A stretch of DNA of 38,248 nucleotides, taken from NCBI GenBank assembly GCA_964573385.1, contig CAZNLA010000006.1, positions 1 through 38,248 of the forward strand, read 5' to 3'. This document shows, one piece after another, positions 28,901 through 37,456 of the stretch (its first letter is position 1; each line of letters opens with the position of its first letter). The DNA is from an uncultured bacterium. Its GTDB lineage: Bacteria > Armatimonadota > Hebobacteria > CAIYQO01. Both the position numbers and the translations under genes were made by a program. Under the pieces are notes generated by a model. The model had not been told where the DNA came from, searched no databases, and worked only from the letters and a program-made list of their open reading frames with translations.

Positions 28901-30308
28901 GGATATCCAGCACTGCCGGTTTGAATGGACCACCTGCCGCGGTAATAACATCGTAGTTCGTCACTGTTACCGCGCCGGATGCGGCAACATTCATTATTCG
29001 TTTCCCTGCTACCGTTTCCGTATATTCGGCAAAATGGCAGCGCACGTTAAATTTTGTGTTTGGCGTCAGGCCGGGAATGACATAAGCGTTGGCGTCGTTT
29101 TCCCGCTGAGATTGGTATATCGCCGCCGGTGCCGCGTTTTTCACTCCGGTGGTATCGATTGTTGTGGTGGTGATATTCACCGATGTATTGCCTGCGGTGT
29201 AATAAGCGGAGGCGGTGGGAAGTGCCACGCGGATTTTCTGGTCGCGGGAATCACTGATGAATATTTCATCATTCACCACCGCCAAACCGCTGATGATGGT
29301 GTGATATTTTTTCGTGTCAAACGGGTCAACAGATAAGTAGATAGGTTTTGTTGACGCCGCGGTGCCCAGCAAATCGGTTTTAAATAGGTTTCTATATACC
29401 GCCAGGTAAAGACTTTTGCCATCGCTGGTTATCGAACCTTCGCCGCAAAATGAATTTCCAAAGTTTTCATTGCCTTCACGAAGTCCTTTGATAATTTTGC
29501 CATCTTTATAAATCTTAGATGGTTCGCCGCCTTCATCCCAACCGGAATTGGTGTAGCATGTACCATCGGTGGCCACAAACAGCGAACTGATGCCGTTGGA
29601 AACGTGGCCATCGTCGGCGTTACTGCCAAAGTTGTTACCGTACCAACTGGTGGAATATCCCATATCAGGTTTGCCAATAGAAATTTTATCAAATGTGGCA
29701 GTCGCTGTTTTTGTGGTATTGCCACTGCAGACAAACAGACCAACTTTAATTGGACCGACGGCATTAAATTGTCCACCGCTGGTATTGCTCATCATTGTCC
29801 ATATTTTGCCATCAGAAGATTTGTATGCCCCAAACCGCTTGCCCATGCGTACCAGACGCAACCAAATGGGGAAATCCATTTTGGTGGCGATTCCACTACT
29901 ATTGCCATTTTTTAATTCTTTATCATGCGCGGTGAATACAATGTTATGCTTTTTGTCAGCGTTTGCTTGATAGCAGAAAACATTATTGGCGGTAGTTGTG
30001 TCGGCATCATTATTACTGCGAAACATAATGCCGGCACGTCCCTTTGCATCACCGTCGAAACCGGTCAGGCGTACGATAATATCCAAATCGTCACCCGGGT
30101 GGGTGGTATAAGTATAATGAAGCTGGTCTTTGCCAGTAGTGGTATCACCGGTACCTGCACCGGTAATGGTGAGAATACCATCTTTTTCAACAGAACTGCC
30201 GGCAGTGGTTGGTGCACCAATTTCAACATCAGACCATGTTATTGGTTGTACCGCATATAATGCCACAGATAATAAAGATACAAAAAACAGTGATAAAAAT
30301 CTATACAT
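25944..30308 (-). CDS. Secreted protein: ConA/DUF1349-like domain, NHL-like beta-propeller with inserted malectin, two bacterial Ig-like domains, C-terminal beta-sandwich
   Basis: 1454 aa. AGIMFR / PIWLRLVR / YKSSDGKIW / VGLFVCS; SWYGNNFG; malectin HFAE..GKRIMNV..YDV..GIEI; two P.VSI..P...D.DG.V.KVEF...LT.KA.DDK repeats. Confidence 0.75.
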   Translation of the reverse strand: MYRFLSLFFVSLLSVALYAVQPITWSDVEIGAPTTAGSSVEKDGILTITGAGTGDTTTGKDQLHYTYTTHPGDDLDIIVRLTGFDGDAKGRAGIMFRSNNDADTTTANNVFCYQANADKKHNIVFTAHDKELKNGNSSGIATKMDFPIWLRLVRMGKRFGAYKSSDGKIWTMMSNTSGGQFNAVGPIKVGLFVCSGNTTKTATATFDKISIGKPDMGYSTSWYGNNFGSNADDGHVSNGISSLFVATDGTCYTNSGWDEGGEPSKIYKDGKIIKGLREGNENFGNSFCGEGSITSDGKSLYLAVYRNLFKTDLLGTAASTKPIYLSVDPFDTKKYHTIISGLAVVNDEIFISDSRDQKIRVALPTASAYYTAGNTSVNITTTTIDTTGVKNAAPAAIYQSQRENDANAYVIPGLTPNTKFNVRCHFAEYTETVAGKRIMNVAASGAVTVTNYDVITAAGGPFKPAVLDIPNAQSDANGKLTVYFERVRGGDGHVVICGIEILSTDSKQVFAINCGGPDVAGFKSEINEVMSRAFDFTRPGPMAVDKRGDLWIISEANDFPVGTTISTKYPGIIKCYHPNGKYTDKQITDIVNPVAIAYDAVNDRLLIADNADMNIKIYGNLKDTPVKTGTFGIQDGLFSGKNPGLINDPAAGGYARFYGITGVGIDANGNIYVSNGMQGTDLRKITPDGKLVWMMNGLFFCNTPDLDPDTDGQDAYSVYWHGKLDYNKTAPGSEWSFKGYNWNPKLYGAPPRQGNAQTIIRRVGTKRAKIMYTSGQGSVEYVGIFRYDGEIAIPCGQIRNSGAQIWVDTNGDGKETADEVTTGTTPGGMSTFCVDDNGDVWLACMTPNTVIARHFKVTAMTPQGAPIYTMNKDDVEDANFPGTGQLISNWGMGASLFYDSKRDSMYLSAAAQPRLTEKDDSVNYLARYDEWSTGNRKARWFITLPNPNTSTDFMYEIGRPWGCVHKWMGMDVADDKLFFAELWGQINVFKTTDGSLERILNAGPEVSGGIAWEDAAMGLSAFKRKNGEFIIFSENSGWGGKPNMYRLPASKENILPVTSITSPVNDEPFVRPTSITITASAVDDDGFVSKVEFYQGTTKLGEDTTKPYSYKWTNIPFGNQVLTVKAIDDKGGVTTSKEVNIAVLSNDPPKVSISAPVNNSSFTVVPASVIITTNTTDSDGTVKKVEFFRDTNKIGESAVAPFTLTWNDITPGKYVLTAKATDDKDATTVSAPVNILVVKCTTTDLVEGLAVGTVADGQNNWKRDPIADGSAGNYGQFEYTNTEGAPVKAPCLKLRAAGSSGHMYAFRDLGTNTGLSFWKISGDMKFDYSSTDKRTQIRILVKDATDKVIADFNRLVWNWNDSVFIKFNGQTVVNGTFTDTTTIDKLCNTWNSFSIENVNGVLTFKYADKTISTIPLGDSNINNPKTLSILMGENNYGGQSLYIDNLVFVKPADK

Positions 30309-30427
30309 AATAATTTCCTCAACAATATTGACAGCAGTAACAGTAAAAAGTTACCAGATTAGTTTTGTGGTAAATATTGCGCTTTTTATGGCAGGAAGTC
30401 AATTGATAATTACCTTTAAAATATAAA

Positions 30428-30603
30428 TTTATACAGTCGATTGCAAAACCTGTCTGAATTGTAGGGAATGCCGTCCCCGGCATTCTGTACAGGTAAAATA
30501 GTAATTGTCGCTTAAGGTCACTTCGACAGGCTCAGTGACCGGTCGCTGAGCCTGTCGAAGCGACTATTTTTAAGCAGATTTCTCTTTGAAAGCGAAAGTC
30601 ATG
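30428..30603 (+). mobile_element. Tandem composite of a family B left part and a family A element
   Basis: TTTATACAGTCGATTGCAAAACCTGTCTGAATT-GTAGGGAATGCCG-TCCC-CGGCATTCTGTAC, then TCGCTTAAGGTCACTTCGACAGGCTCAGTGACCGGTCGCTGAGCCTGTCGAAGCGAC...CGAAAGTCATG. Confidence 0.7.
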
Positions 30604-30704
30604 TTTTAAATAAAGTGCTACCGGTGGGAAAGGGGTAGGGCGTAAATTAATGAATTGATATAGAGTGGCGAATATAGAGGGTGTTTGTACCATAAGGATA
30701 CCTT

Positions 30705-30729
30705 AAAGTTTGTTTTGAAAACAAACTAA
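30705..30729. promoter_or_regulatory. ROK-family (XylR-like) operator
   Basis: AAAGTTTGTTTTGAAAACAAACTAA: a perfect 10-1-10 palindrome (30707-30727) resembling the Bacillus XylR operator AGTTTGTTT-N4-AACAAACTAA as recalled. Confidence 0.7.
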
Positions 30730-30780
30730 CCATGTAATTGTCTAATTTGGCATTCAATAACATTAATATTGGAGAATATA

Positions 30781-31785
30781 ATGAATGCTCCCCTTAATTT
30801 TGCTGTCATTGGTTGTGGTACTGTATCCGGGTATGGACATTTGCCCACCATTACCGCATTAACTGATATCGCGCAGTTGTCGGCGGTTGTTGATATCAAT
30901 ACCGCTATTCTTGATGATATGCAGGAAAAATATCCGCAGGCTTCGCGCTATACTGATTATCGAGAAGTTATGTTGCGGTCGGATATTGATGTGGTGGTAA
31001 TTGCTACCCATACCAATACTCATGTTGAGATAGCAGAGGCTTCCCTGAATGCCGGTAAGCATATTCTATTGGAGAAACCACCTGCGCCTACCATCGCCGA
31101 AGCCAGGCATTTGCTGGAAATTGCTGATAAAACTAACCTTATTGTTGCCATCGGCTTTATCCTTAGATATTCTGCCGGATTTCAACAGGTAAAGGCCTGG
31201 TGTGATGCCGGTGAAATTGGTAATTTGCGGGCAGTGCGTTTAATTGATGACTGGTGGGGTGCAGACCATCGCGGTACCTATCCCGGACGCGGTATGCGTC
31301 TGTTAAGCCATGATGGCAGCGTAATTGTTGGCGAGGGTGTGCATTATGCTGACCTTGCGCGTTGGTTTACCGGTGCTGACTTTGCTGATATTCATTGTCT
31401 GGGTACCAATTTGCACCATGAATATATTCCAGACCACCAGGCAATGATTTGCCGGATGGAAAATGGTATTATTGTGAATATTGAATGCAGTCATGCATAT
31501 GGTTTTTCATCAAAAGACCCGATTATGGACCGGCAAGTAGACCTGATTGGTGAAAAAGGTGTTATTAAATGGAATGAACAAAGCGGTAAACTGCAACTTT
31601 ATGGTCATTCGCAAACCATTGAAACGCATGTAGCCGACAGCAAAAACTTTGAAAGTATGTATTATGATTTGGTAGCCAGTATTCGTGCAGGTCGTCCTTC
31701 ACACAGTTTGCCCACATTGGCGGATGGTGTATTCGCCCTGGACGCGGTAATACGTGCTCACGAAAGCATGGCAACTGGTGGATAA
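30781..31785 (+). CDS. Gfo/Idh/MocA-family oxidoreductase
   Basis: AVIGCG, DVVVIAT...H, GKHILLEKP, GVHYADLARW. RBS GGAG at 30771 favours ATG 30781. Confidence 0.93.
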   Translation: MNAPLNFAVIGCGTVSGYGHLPTITALTDIAQLSAVVDINTAILDDMQEKYPQASRYTDYREVMLRSDIDVVVIATHTNTHVEIAEASLNAGKHILLEKPPAPTIAEARHLLEIADKTNLIVAIGFILRYSAGFQQVKAWCDAGEIGNLRAVRLIDDWWGADHRGTYPGRGMRLLSHDGSVIVGEGVHYADLARWFTGADFADIHCLGTNLHHEYIPDHQAMICRMENGIIVNIECSHAYGFSSKDPIMDRQVDLIGEKGVIKWNEQSGKLQLYGHSQTIETHVADSKNFESMYYDLVASIRAGRPSHSLPTLADGVFALDAVIRAHESMATGG

Positions 31786-31822
31786 TAAAATCTATTCAAT
31801 ACCAGTAAAATGTCTGAATAGT

Positions 31823-31875
31823 TTAAGGTCACTTCGGCAAGCTCAGTGACCGGTCGCTGAGCTTGTCGAAGCGAC
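31823..31875 (+). repeat. Family A REP-like doublet without clear TIRs
   Basis: TTAAGGTCACTTCGGCAAGCTCAGTGACCGGTCGCTGAGCTTGTCGAAGCGAC. Confidence 0.85.
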
Positions 31876-31921
31876 TTTTTGTACTGCAACAAAAAAGAAA
31901 TATAAAAAAGGGTGAAATATT

Positions 31922-33037
31922 ATGAATGATTTGTACATGTTAAAACCGGGTAAACGGATGCGTTGGGCGACGGCGGAGAATATTGATGGCGCGGTTGCCA
32001 GTGGTGGACAGGTTAACCATGGTCGCAAGGGACAACCATCGTTACCATTACCGGCAGGTGAGACCATTACCATTGCTGCGGCCACCGGTTCCGGCACTAT
32101 CCGGCGTATATGGATAACTTTTCCGGATCGCACACCGCAATTGATGCGCGGTTTGGTAATACGCGCGTATTGGGATGGTGCGGAGACACCGGCAATTGAG
32201 GCGCCAATAGGCGACTTCTTTGGGGTGTCACTGGGTCGTAACGCCGCGTTTGAAAATGCCTGGTTTGGCAATGCGGAAGGCCGTTCCTACACTTGCCGTG
32301 TGCCCATGCCTTTCCGCACCGGTTGCCGGTTAACGGTAAGTAATGAGACATCTAACGATGTGAGTATGTTATTTTATGAAGTTGATTACACCGTAGATGA
32401 TGAACATCCTGCCAATGCCGGTTATTTTCATGCCGTATTTAACCGTGAAATAAAGACCAGAATGAAGGAAGATTTTCAAATATTGTCACATATTAATGGA
32501 AATGGATGTTTTGTTGGGTGCACTGTCGGGGTGATTGCGGATAAAGTAAAATATGGCAAAACATGGTGGGGTGAAGGTGAAGTGAAGGTTTATCTGGATG
32601 GTGATACTGATTACCCAACCCTGTGTGGCACCGGAACAGAAGATTATATAGCGACTGGTTGGGGGCAGGGGCATTACGCGCAGTTATGGCACGGTTGCCC
32701 GGTGGCAGACCACGAACAGTTAGCGTATTCATTTTATCGCCTGCACGGCCCCGACCCAATTTATTTTGATAATGAAATACGCGTTACCATACAGCAAATA
32801 GGTTGTGGCAGTCGCGAGGATGTGAAGGCACTGTTTGCCGATGGCATGGTTGATAAACTGATGGTGTTAGGTGACGGCACTAATTTTATTGATATTGATA
32901 ATATTGACACCATGGCAGATTACGTATTATTTGAACGTGAAGATGACTGGTCGGCAACTGCGTATTTTTATCTGGATAAACCGGAAAATGGTCTGGTAAA
33001 AATAATGCCATGTGACGAACGCACCGCGGGATTGTAG
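31922..33037 (+). CDS. DUF2961 / glycoside hydrolase family 172 protein
   Basis: GSGTIRRIWIT, YWDG..PAIEAPIGDFFG, PMPF, WWGEGEVKVYLDGD, GTGTEDY, YRLHGPDPIYF, DDWSATAYFY. Confidence 0.92.
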   Translation: MNDLYMLKPGKRMRWATAENIDGAVASGGQVNHGRKGQPSLPLPAGETITIAAATGSGTIRRIWITFPDRTPQLMRGLVIRAYWDGAETPAIEAPIGDFFGVSLGRNAAFENAWFGNAEGRSYTCRVPMPFRTGCRLTVSNETSNDVSMLFYEVDYTVDDEHPANAGYFHAVFNREIKTRMKEDFQILSHINGNGCFVGCTVGVIADKVKYGKTWWGEGEVKVYLDGDTDYPTLCGTGTEDYIATGWGQGHYAQLWHGCPVADHEQLAYSFYRLHGPDPIYFDNEIRVTIQQIGCGSREDVKALFADGMVDKLMVLGDGTNFIDIDNIDTMADYVLFEREDDWSATAYFYLDKPENGLVKIMPCDERTAGL

Positions 33038-33108
33038 GGTTTAATTATAAGGTTTTGTTTATAAATTAGTACAAAAATAAATTGGACAAGTTTTCAGTTT
33101 TCAGATGT

Positions 33109-33186
33109 GGTCACTTCGACAAACTCAGTGCCCAGTAGAAATCACGGTCACTGAGCCTGTCGAAGTGACATTAAACGAAAGTTCTG
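33109..33186 (-). mobile_element. Family A element with spaced doublet and one TIR
   Basis: GGTCACTTCGACAAACTCAGTGCCC-N12-GGTCACTGAGCCTGTCGAAGTGAC-ATTAAA-CGAAAGTTCTG. Confidence 0.7.
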
Positions 33187-33209
33187 AATAATTATTCACC
33201 CTTTACGAT

Positions 33210-33245
33210 AAAGACTGCCACTTTAATGAAAGTGGCAGTCTTTTT
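33210..33245. terminator. Bidirectional intrinsic terminator
   Basis: AAAGACTGCCACTTT-AATG-AAAGTGGCAGTCTTTTT between convergent genes. Confidence 0.85.
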
Positions 33246-33267
33246 GTCTTGTGTTTACGGATAGAGT

Positions 33268-36200
33268 TTATTCCAGTGTGAATGAACCCCATAATTCTGG
33301 TTGCAGATCGCCTTCACCCGGGATATCGTTCACCAGGTTGGTGGCTTTGTTGCTCCAGTAATTTCGTGCTACTGTAACAGTTCCACCTGCGTCGCCATAC
33401 AGAATACCGATATCGGCTTTTAATTTTAATCCGGATTTCGGTGTTATTCCGATGGTTTTCCAGGGGATTGCAGTTTCTACAAAGTAACCGCCGTTGATGG
33501 GTGATGTCGCTATTTTAACATCCGTGGTTACTATCACACGGTCAAATTGTATCGAACGGGCAGGGGAGGCGAAACCGAAACCTTCGCTTTTTGCCGCACC
33601 CGGTACATATTTTTGGTTTAAAACAGCTATCATTTTGCCACTGAATGGGGTTAGGATAATGCGTGAATTGCCTTCACCCTTAGCTTTCTGCGGGTCAGGG
33701 CCAATCATCAGGTCAACCACATCACCACTCTTGAATAACAACCGATAATCCTGGCCTACATTGCTCATTTGTGAACGTTTTATGAATACACGATATGCAA
33801 GATACAGGTTGTCAGCATCGTATCGCGCCTGGACGCGGCCATACCGTTGCTGTTTGCTTTCCTGCACTTCTATTAATGATTTGCTGTCATCCATTAATTC
33901 TGCCCATTTTGCTGAGTTTCCATCTATAATAATTGGGACAGTGGCTTTTGTTATCTGGTATACCTTTGGCTGGTTTACCTGTATCGCTTTATCCAATAAT
34001 AATTTTTGCGCGGCGTCATATTGTGCCGGGGTGTAGGAAAATTCGCCATTGAATCTTTTTATAGTATCCAATCCTTTAACTTCCAATACGCGCGCGTCTG
34101 TTCCACCTATTGTCAGGTATACTTTACCATTGGATGCCTTGATAAAGTTACCGCCGAAACTTTCGCCACCGGCAGTTATGGCATCCATTGACATGCCACG
34201 TATTGCTTTGGAAGGGGTTTCATACCAACCACGGCAATCTTTGAATAAAGACTGAACCCATAAACCATCATTGGTAAAGAGATAATTTTCGCCAAGGTTA
34301 CCATTAAGGTCGAATATTTCACCTGTATTGCCACCCATATCTGCGACACCCATGAACGATGATGGGCCGATAAGATATCCGGGTGTTGACGCTTTTGCGG
34401 TGTGGGAACCATGTACGGATGTGTGTCTGTTAGGATAACCACCAATTACATGTCCGGTTTTATCAACAGTAATTAACGGATCCTGGTTAATGTAAACCAT
34501 TCCATCTTTACCGCCGATTATCATGCCTTCGCCATTACCTTTTTCTAAAACAGGCTGATCAACTTTTACGACATAAGCCTTCGATAAATCGTAAACCGGT
34601 GCGCCGGATTTATTGATAGATGAAATAGGGATACGGTATAACGCGTTACCACCGCTAACCATATAGGTAATGGTGCCATCATCATCCGGCAGTTGTCCCC
34701 AGTAATAGCTACGTAAAGTTATTGGTTTGCCATCCGCAGTAGGATTAATGAAGGTCAGTTCTTCTTTTTGAACGATGCCATCACCATTTTGGTCTACCCA
34801 TGCATACAGTTGGCCTTCTTTGCCGGTGAAGAAGGGATGCCTGAACTTTGTCCAGTCACCTACTAAATCAGCAGGTTTATTTACTTTGGGTACTATGCCG
34901 ATATTGGCAACTGAACGCCAATTTTTGCCATCCCAGGCAACAACCTCAATTTCATTTGATGCCCGTGCAGAACCACCGGTGGTAGCGTAATATTTACCGT
35001 CACGTTTGATGGTTTTACAGGTAACATAGTCATGGATTCGCGGTGGGAAAATCTCATCAGGATTATTGCCGGCACCTATTGAATAAACAGGTTTCCATGT
35101 CCCTTTTAATAAGTCGATTTTATAAACAGTGTTATTGGCGAATGCCATGGTGGAATCAAATGGATTTATTGACCCGGTGCCGGAATATGTGCCGGTGCCG
35201 ACAAAATCTTTAATAAGTTTTTTCTTTTTAACATCCCACAGGCTGGTTCGTTTAGGGTTCATGGTTTCTTCGGTAACCCACAAACGACCAAGGCCGTCAA
35301 TGGCGATTTGTCCAGGTTCTCTCATCGCTTCGGCGATGAAAGCGCCATGATTCGGACGTCCACCGCGTTTGCCAATTTCACCAGCAAACTTTCCTTTTGA
35401 CGAGAATATTTTAATGTTCTGTTCTGTACCGCGCACAGATAAATAAACATTGCCTTTAGTGTCAGATACAATGCTATATCCATCCGGGTATGTCTCTTTG
35501 GTGAATGGTGTTGTTTTGCCGTCTGCACTTACGCTGATGATTTTGCCTTCCGCCAAAACCAGCCAACCATTGCCATAACCTGTTACAGATATTGGTGATT
35601 TTATTTTTATTTCTGCTTTAACATCGCCATTTTCCGCGTCAATAACTTTTACAATATTTTCAAGGTTAAGGGCTATTGCCAACAGACCTTTGTTAAGTGC
35701 TATTGCGGTCATGTTAAATTCAGCTTTTTTACCTTCGCCACCGATGCCTACCGGTAATGTATCGTTAGTCTGTTCTTTTTTGAAATCAGAAACTTGCAGG
35801 TCCAGCATAGGTGCTTCATTGCCGGCCACATCTTTCGCCATTCTTTTCCACGGTGCGTATTTTCCGGTGGCGATATCTACCCGGTAGATTGATGCTTCTT
35901 TTCCCTGGTTGGATATCCACAGCAATTTTCCGTCTGTGGCCAGTGATGCGCGTCCGCCGTCAAACGCGACTCGATTCGCCAAACCCCATAATCGCTGTCC
36001 GGTTAAATCAAGTCCTATTAGATATTTTCCGCCTTCACCCATGGGGCAGGCAAGCGCAATATAATTACCCGCTGCGGCGGCAGCATGTGCGGCAGTATGG
36101 TCACCATAAAATGCGCCTCTGCTATCAGAAGTATCCCATGAAGGATTTCCCGGATTACCAAATGACATGGCGTAATTTACGTGGATGCCATCATGGAATA

Positions 36201-37242
36201 TCCCTTTGAACTTATATTCACCGGTTGCAACGGCTTTGCCATTGTCATCCAATCCATCCCATTTTTCAACGTTATCACCTTTTTTTCTGTCCGCACTTGC
36301 TATCAGATTGCGTATGCGTTTGCCGTTTTTATCCTCAATAGCAATGGTAACGCGCGAATCTGCTGGTAATGAATATTTTATATCTACTGGTCCAACCGGT
36401 ATATCCAATGCGGATTCTTTCATCCATGCCGGTGCCGGCAGGTTAAGATTTCCTTTTGGTTCAAGAACTACATCGCCCCAACTGTTAATTGCTGTCCAGA
36501 AGAATTCGCGACTGGTGGCGCCATCGGCCAGGTTATCCGCGTAACGGTGTACCGGCCAATCAACCTCACCCCATAATAACTCAATGCCCATCTGAAACTT
36601 TTCACCGGCTTTATAATTCTTTTTTATGGTTATATATTCCCATGGTATCAACATTTCCTGTACATATCCTTTGCCGTCGGCATCTTTTTTAAATGCCATT
36701 TCTACTCCATCATTTAATTTCCAACCTTCAGTTGTCTGGAATATTCTGCTGCCGTCTGCTCCTTCAGGATTAAGGTTTTTGGGATAGTCTATCAGCATGC
36801 AGGATTCTTTTTTCGCGGCATAATGCCAGGCGGTAATCCAACTTACTCTGTCAGTCTTTACCCGAAACTGTACACTGTCTCCTGCCCAACCTTTGTTAGA
36901 TTGGTAACGCGGGTCGTGGATATTTCCCATTGGGGAGGTATCTTTCCAATGCAGTGATACATAAAGATTTTTGGCGTCATACATTGCCGCAACTTTGGCA
37001 CTGTATACATCCTTCAACGTATCAACATCATAGCATATAAAAATTTGCCCGGATAAATCCCAATCCTTTAAATCGCCATCAATCGTTACTTTGCCATCAG
37101 GTGGTGGTACCGCATGCAGTCCATGGTTATCAGTTTGTGTAGCCATGGCAACACTGGAAAATATCATAAAAATGACAAAAAGAAATCCCATAATAAATGG
37201 GATGGCCGAATGTTGGCCAATAGTGATAATAGAACTGTTCAC
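33268..37242 (-). CDS. Secreted protein: CBM9/DOMON-like, FlgD Ig-like, beta-propeller, CBM9/DOMON-like
   Basis: Start set at GTG 37242 (GGAGG 6 nt upstream). IDGDLKDW / YDAKNLY / GDSVQF / GYVQEMLIPW; VTIAIEDKNGKRIRNL...WDGLDDNGK..GEY (FlgD); IDGN..W / YDADNLY / GYFVETAIPW. Confidence 0.78.
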   Translation of the reverse strand: MNSSIITIGQHSAIPFIMGFLFVIFMIFSSVAMATQTDNHGLHAVPPPDGKVTIDGDLKDWDLSGQIFICYDVDTLKDVYSAKVAAMYDAKNLYVSLHWKDTSPMGNIHDPRYQSNKGWAGDSVQFRVKTDRVSWITAWHYAAKKESCMLIDYPKNLNPEGADGSRIFQTTEGWKLNDGVEMAFKKDADGKGYVQEMLIPWEYITIKKNYKAGEKFQMGIELLWGEVDWPVHRYADNLADGATSREFFWTAINSWGDVVLEPKGNLNLPAPAWMKESALDIPVGPVDIKYSLPADSRVTIAIEDKNGKRIRNLIASADRKKGDNVEKWDGLDDNGKAVATGEYKFKGIFHDGIHVNYAMSFGNPGNPSWDTSDSRGAFYGDHTAAHAAAAAGNYIALACPMGEGGKYLIGLDLTGQRLWGLANRVAFDGGRASLATDGKLLWISNQGKEASIYRVDIATGKYAPWKRMAKDVAGNEAPMLDLQVSDFKKEQTNDTLPVGIGGEGKKAEFNMTAIALNKGLLAIALNLENIVKVIDAENGDVKAEIKIKSPISVTGYGNGWLVLAEGKIISVSADGKTTPFTKETYPDGYSIVSDTKGNVYLSVRGTEQNIKIFSSKGKFAGEIGKRGGRPNHGAFIAEAMREPGQIAIDGLGRLWVTEETMNPKRTSLWDVKKKKLIKDFVGTGTYSGTGSINPFDSTMAFANNTVYKIDLLKGTWKPVYSIGAGNNPDEIFPPRIHDYVTCKTIKRDGKYYATTGGSARASNEIEVVAWDGKNWRSVANIGIVPKVNKPADLVGDWTKFRHPFFTGKEGQLYAWVDQNGDGIVQKEELTFINPTADGKPITLRSYYWGQLPDDDGTITYMVSGGNALYRIPISSINKSGAPVYDLSKAYVVKVDQPVLEKGNGEGMIIGGKDGMVYINQDPLITVDKTGHVIGGYPNRHTSVHGSHTAKASTPGYLIGPSSFMGVADMGGNTGEIFDLNGNLGENYLFTNDGLWVQSLFKDCRGWYETPSKAIRGMSMDAITAGGESFGGNFIKASNGKVYLTIGGTDARVLEVKGLDTIKRFNGEFSYTPAQYDAAQKLLLDKAIQVNQPKVYQITKATVPIIIDGNSAKWAELMDDSKSLIEVQESKQQRYGRVQARYDADNLYLAYRVFIKRSQMSNVGQDYRLLFKSGDVVDLMIGPDPQKAKGEGNSRIILTPFSGKMIAVLNQKYVPGAAKSEGFGFASPARSIQFDRVIVTTDVKIATSPINGGYFVETAIPWKTIGITPKSGLKLKADIGILYGDAGGTVTVARNYWSNKATNLVNDIPGEGDLQPELWGSFTLE

Positions 37243-37352
37243 GTTTAACCTCCAACGAAGTTTGATGACAAAACAAGAGAAGATTTTCCTGTTTAACCCG
37301 TTAAATAACTTAGACAACAATTTTAATAAAAAGTTACTGAGTATTATAGTCA

Positions 37353-37456
37353 CAGGACTTTCGATTTTTAGCAGAAATATGCAAGAAATTGGTCGCTTCG
37401 ACAGTCTCAGCGACCGGTCACTGAGACTGTCGAAGTGACCTTAACCGAAAGTTCTG
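37353..37456 (-). mobile_element. Intact 104-bp family A MITE with 6-bp target-site duplication
   Basis: TAGTCA (37347-37352) [CAGGACTTTCG ... GGTCGCTTCGACAGTCTCAGCGACCGGTCACTGAGACTGTCGAAGTGACC ... CGAAAGTTCTG] TAGTCA (37457-37462); TIRs match 10/11. Confidence 0.85.

Noticed and set aside
37243-37353. Extended N-terminus of the 1361-aa ORF
   Set aside because: It begins at the MITE boundary; GTG 37242 has a GGAGG RBS and gives a plausible signal peptide.
395-37456. Family A repeats as integron attC sites
   Set aside because: No consistent RYYYAAC/GTTRRRY core sites, no integrase, and the flanking genes are large, have their own promoters and lie in mixed orientation.
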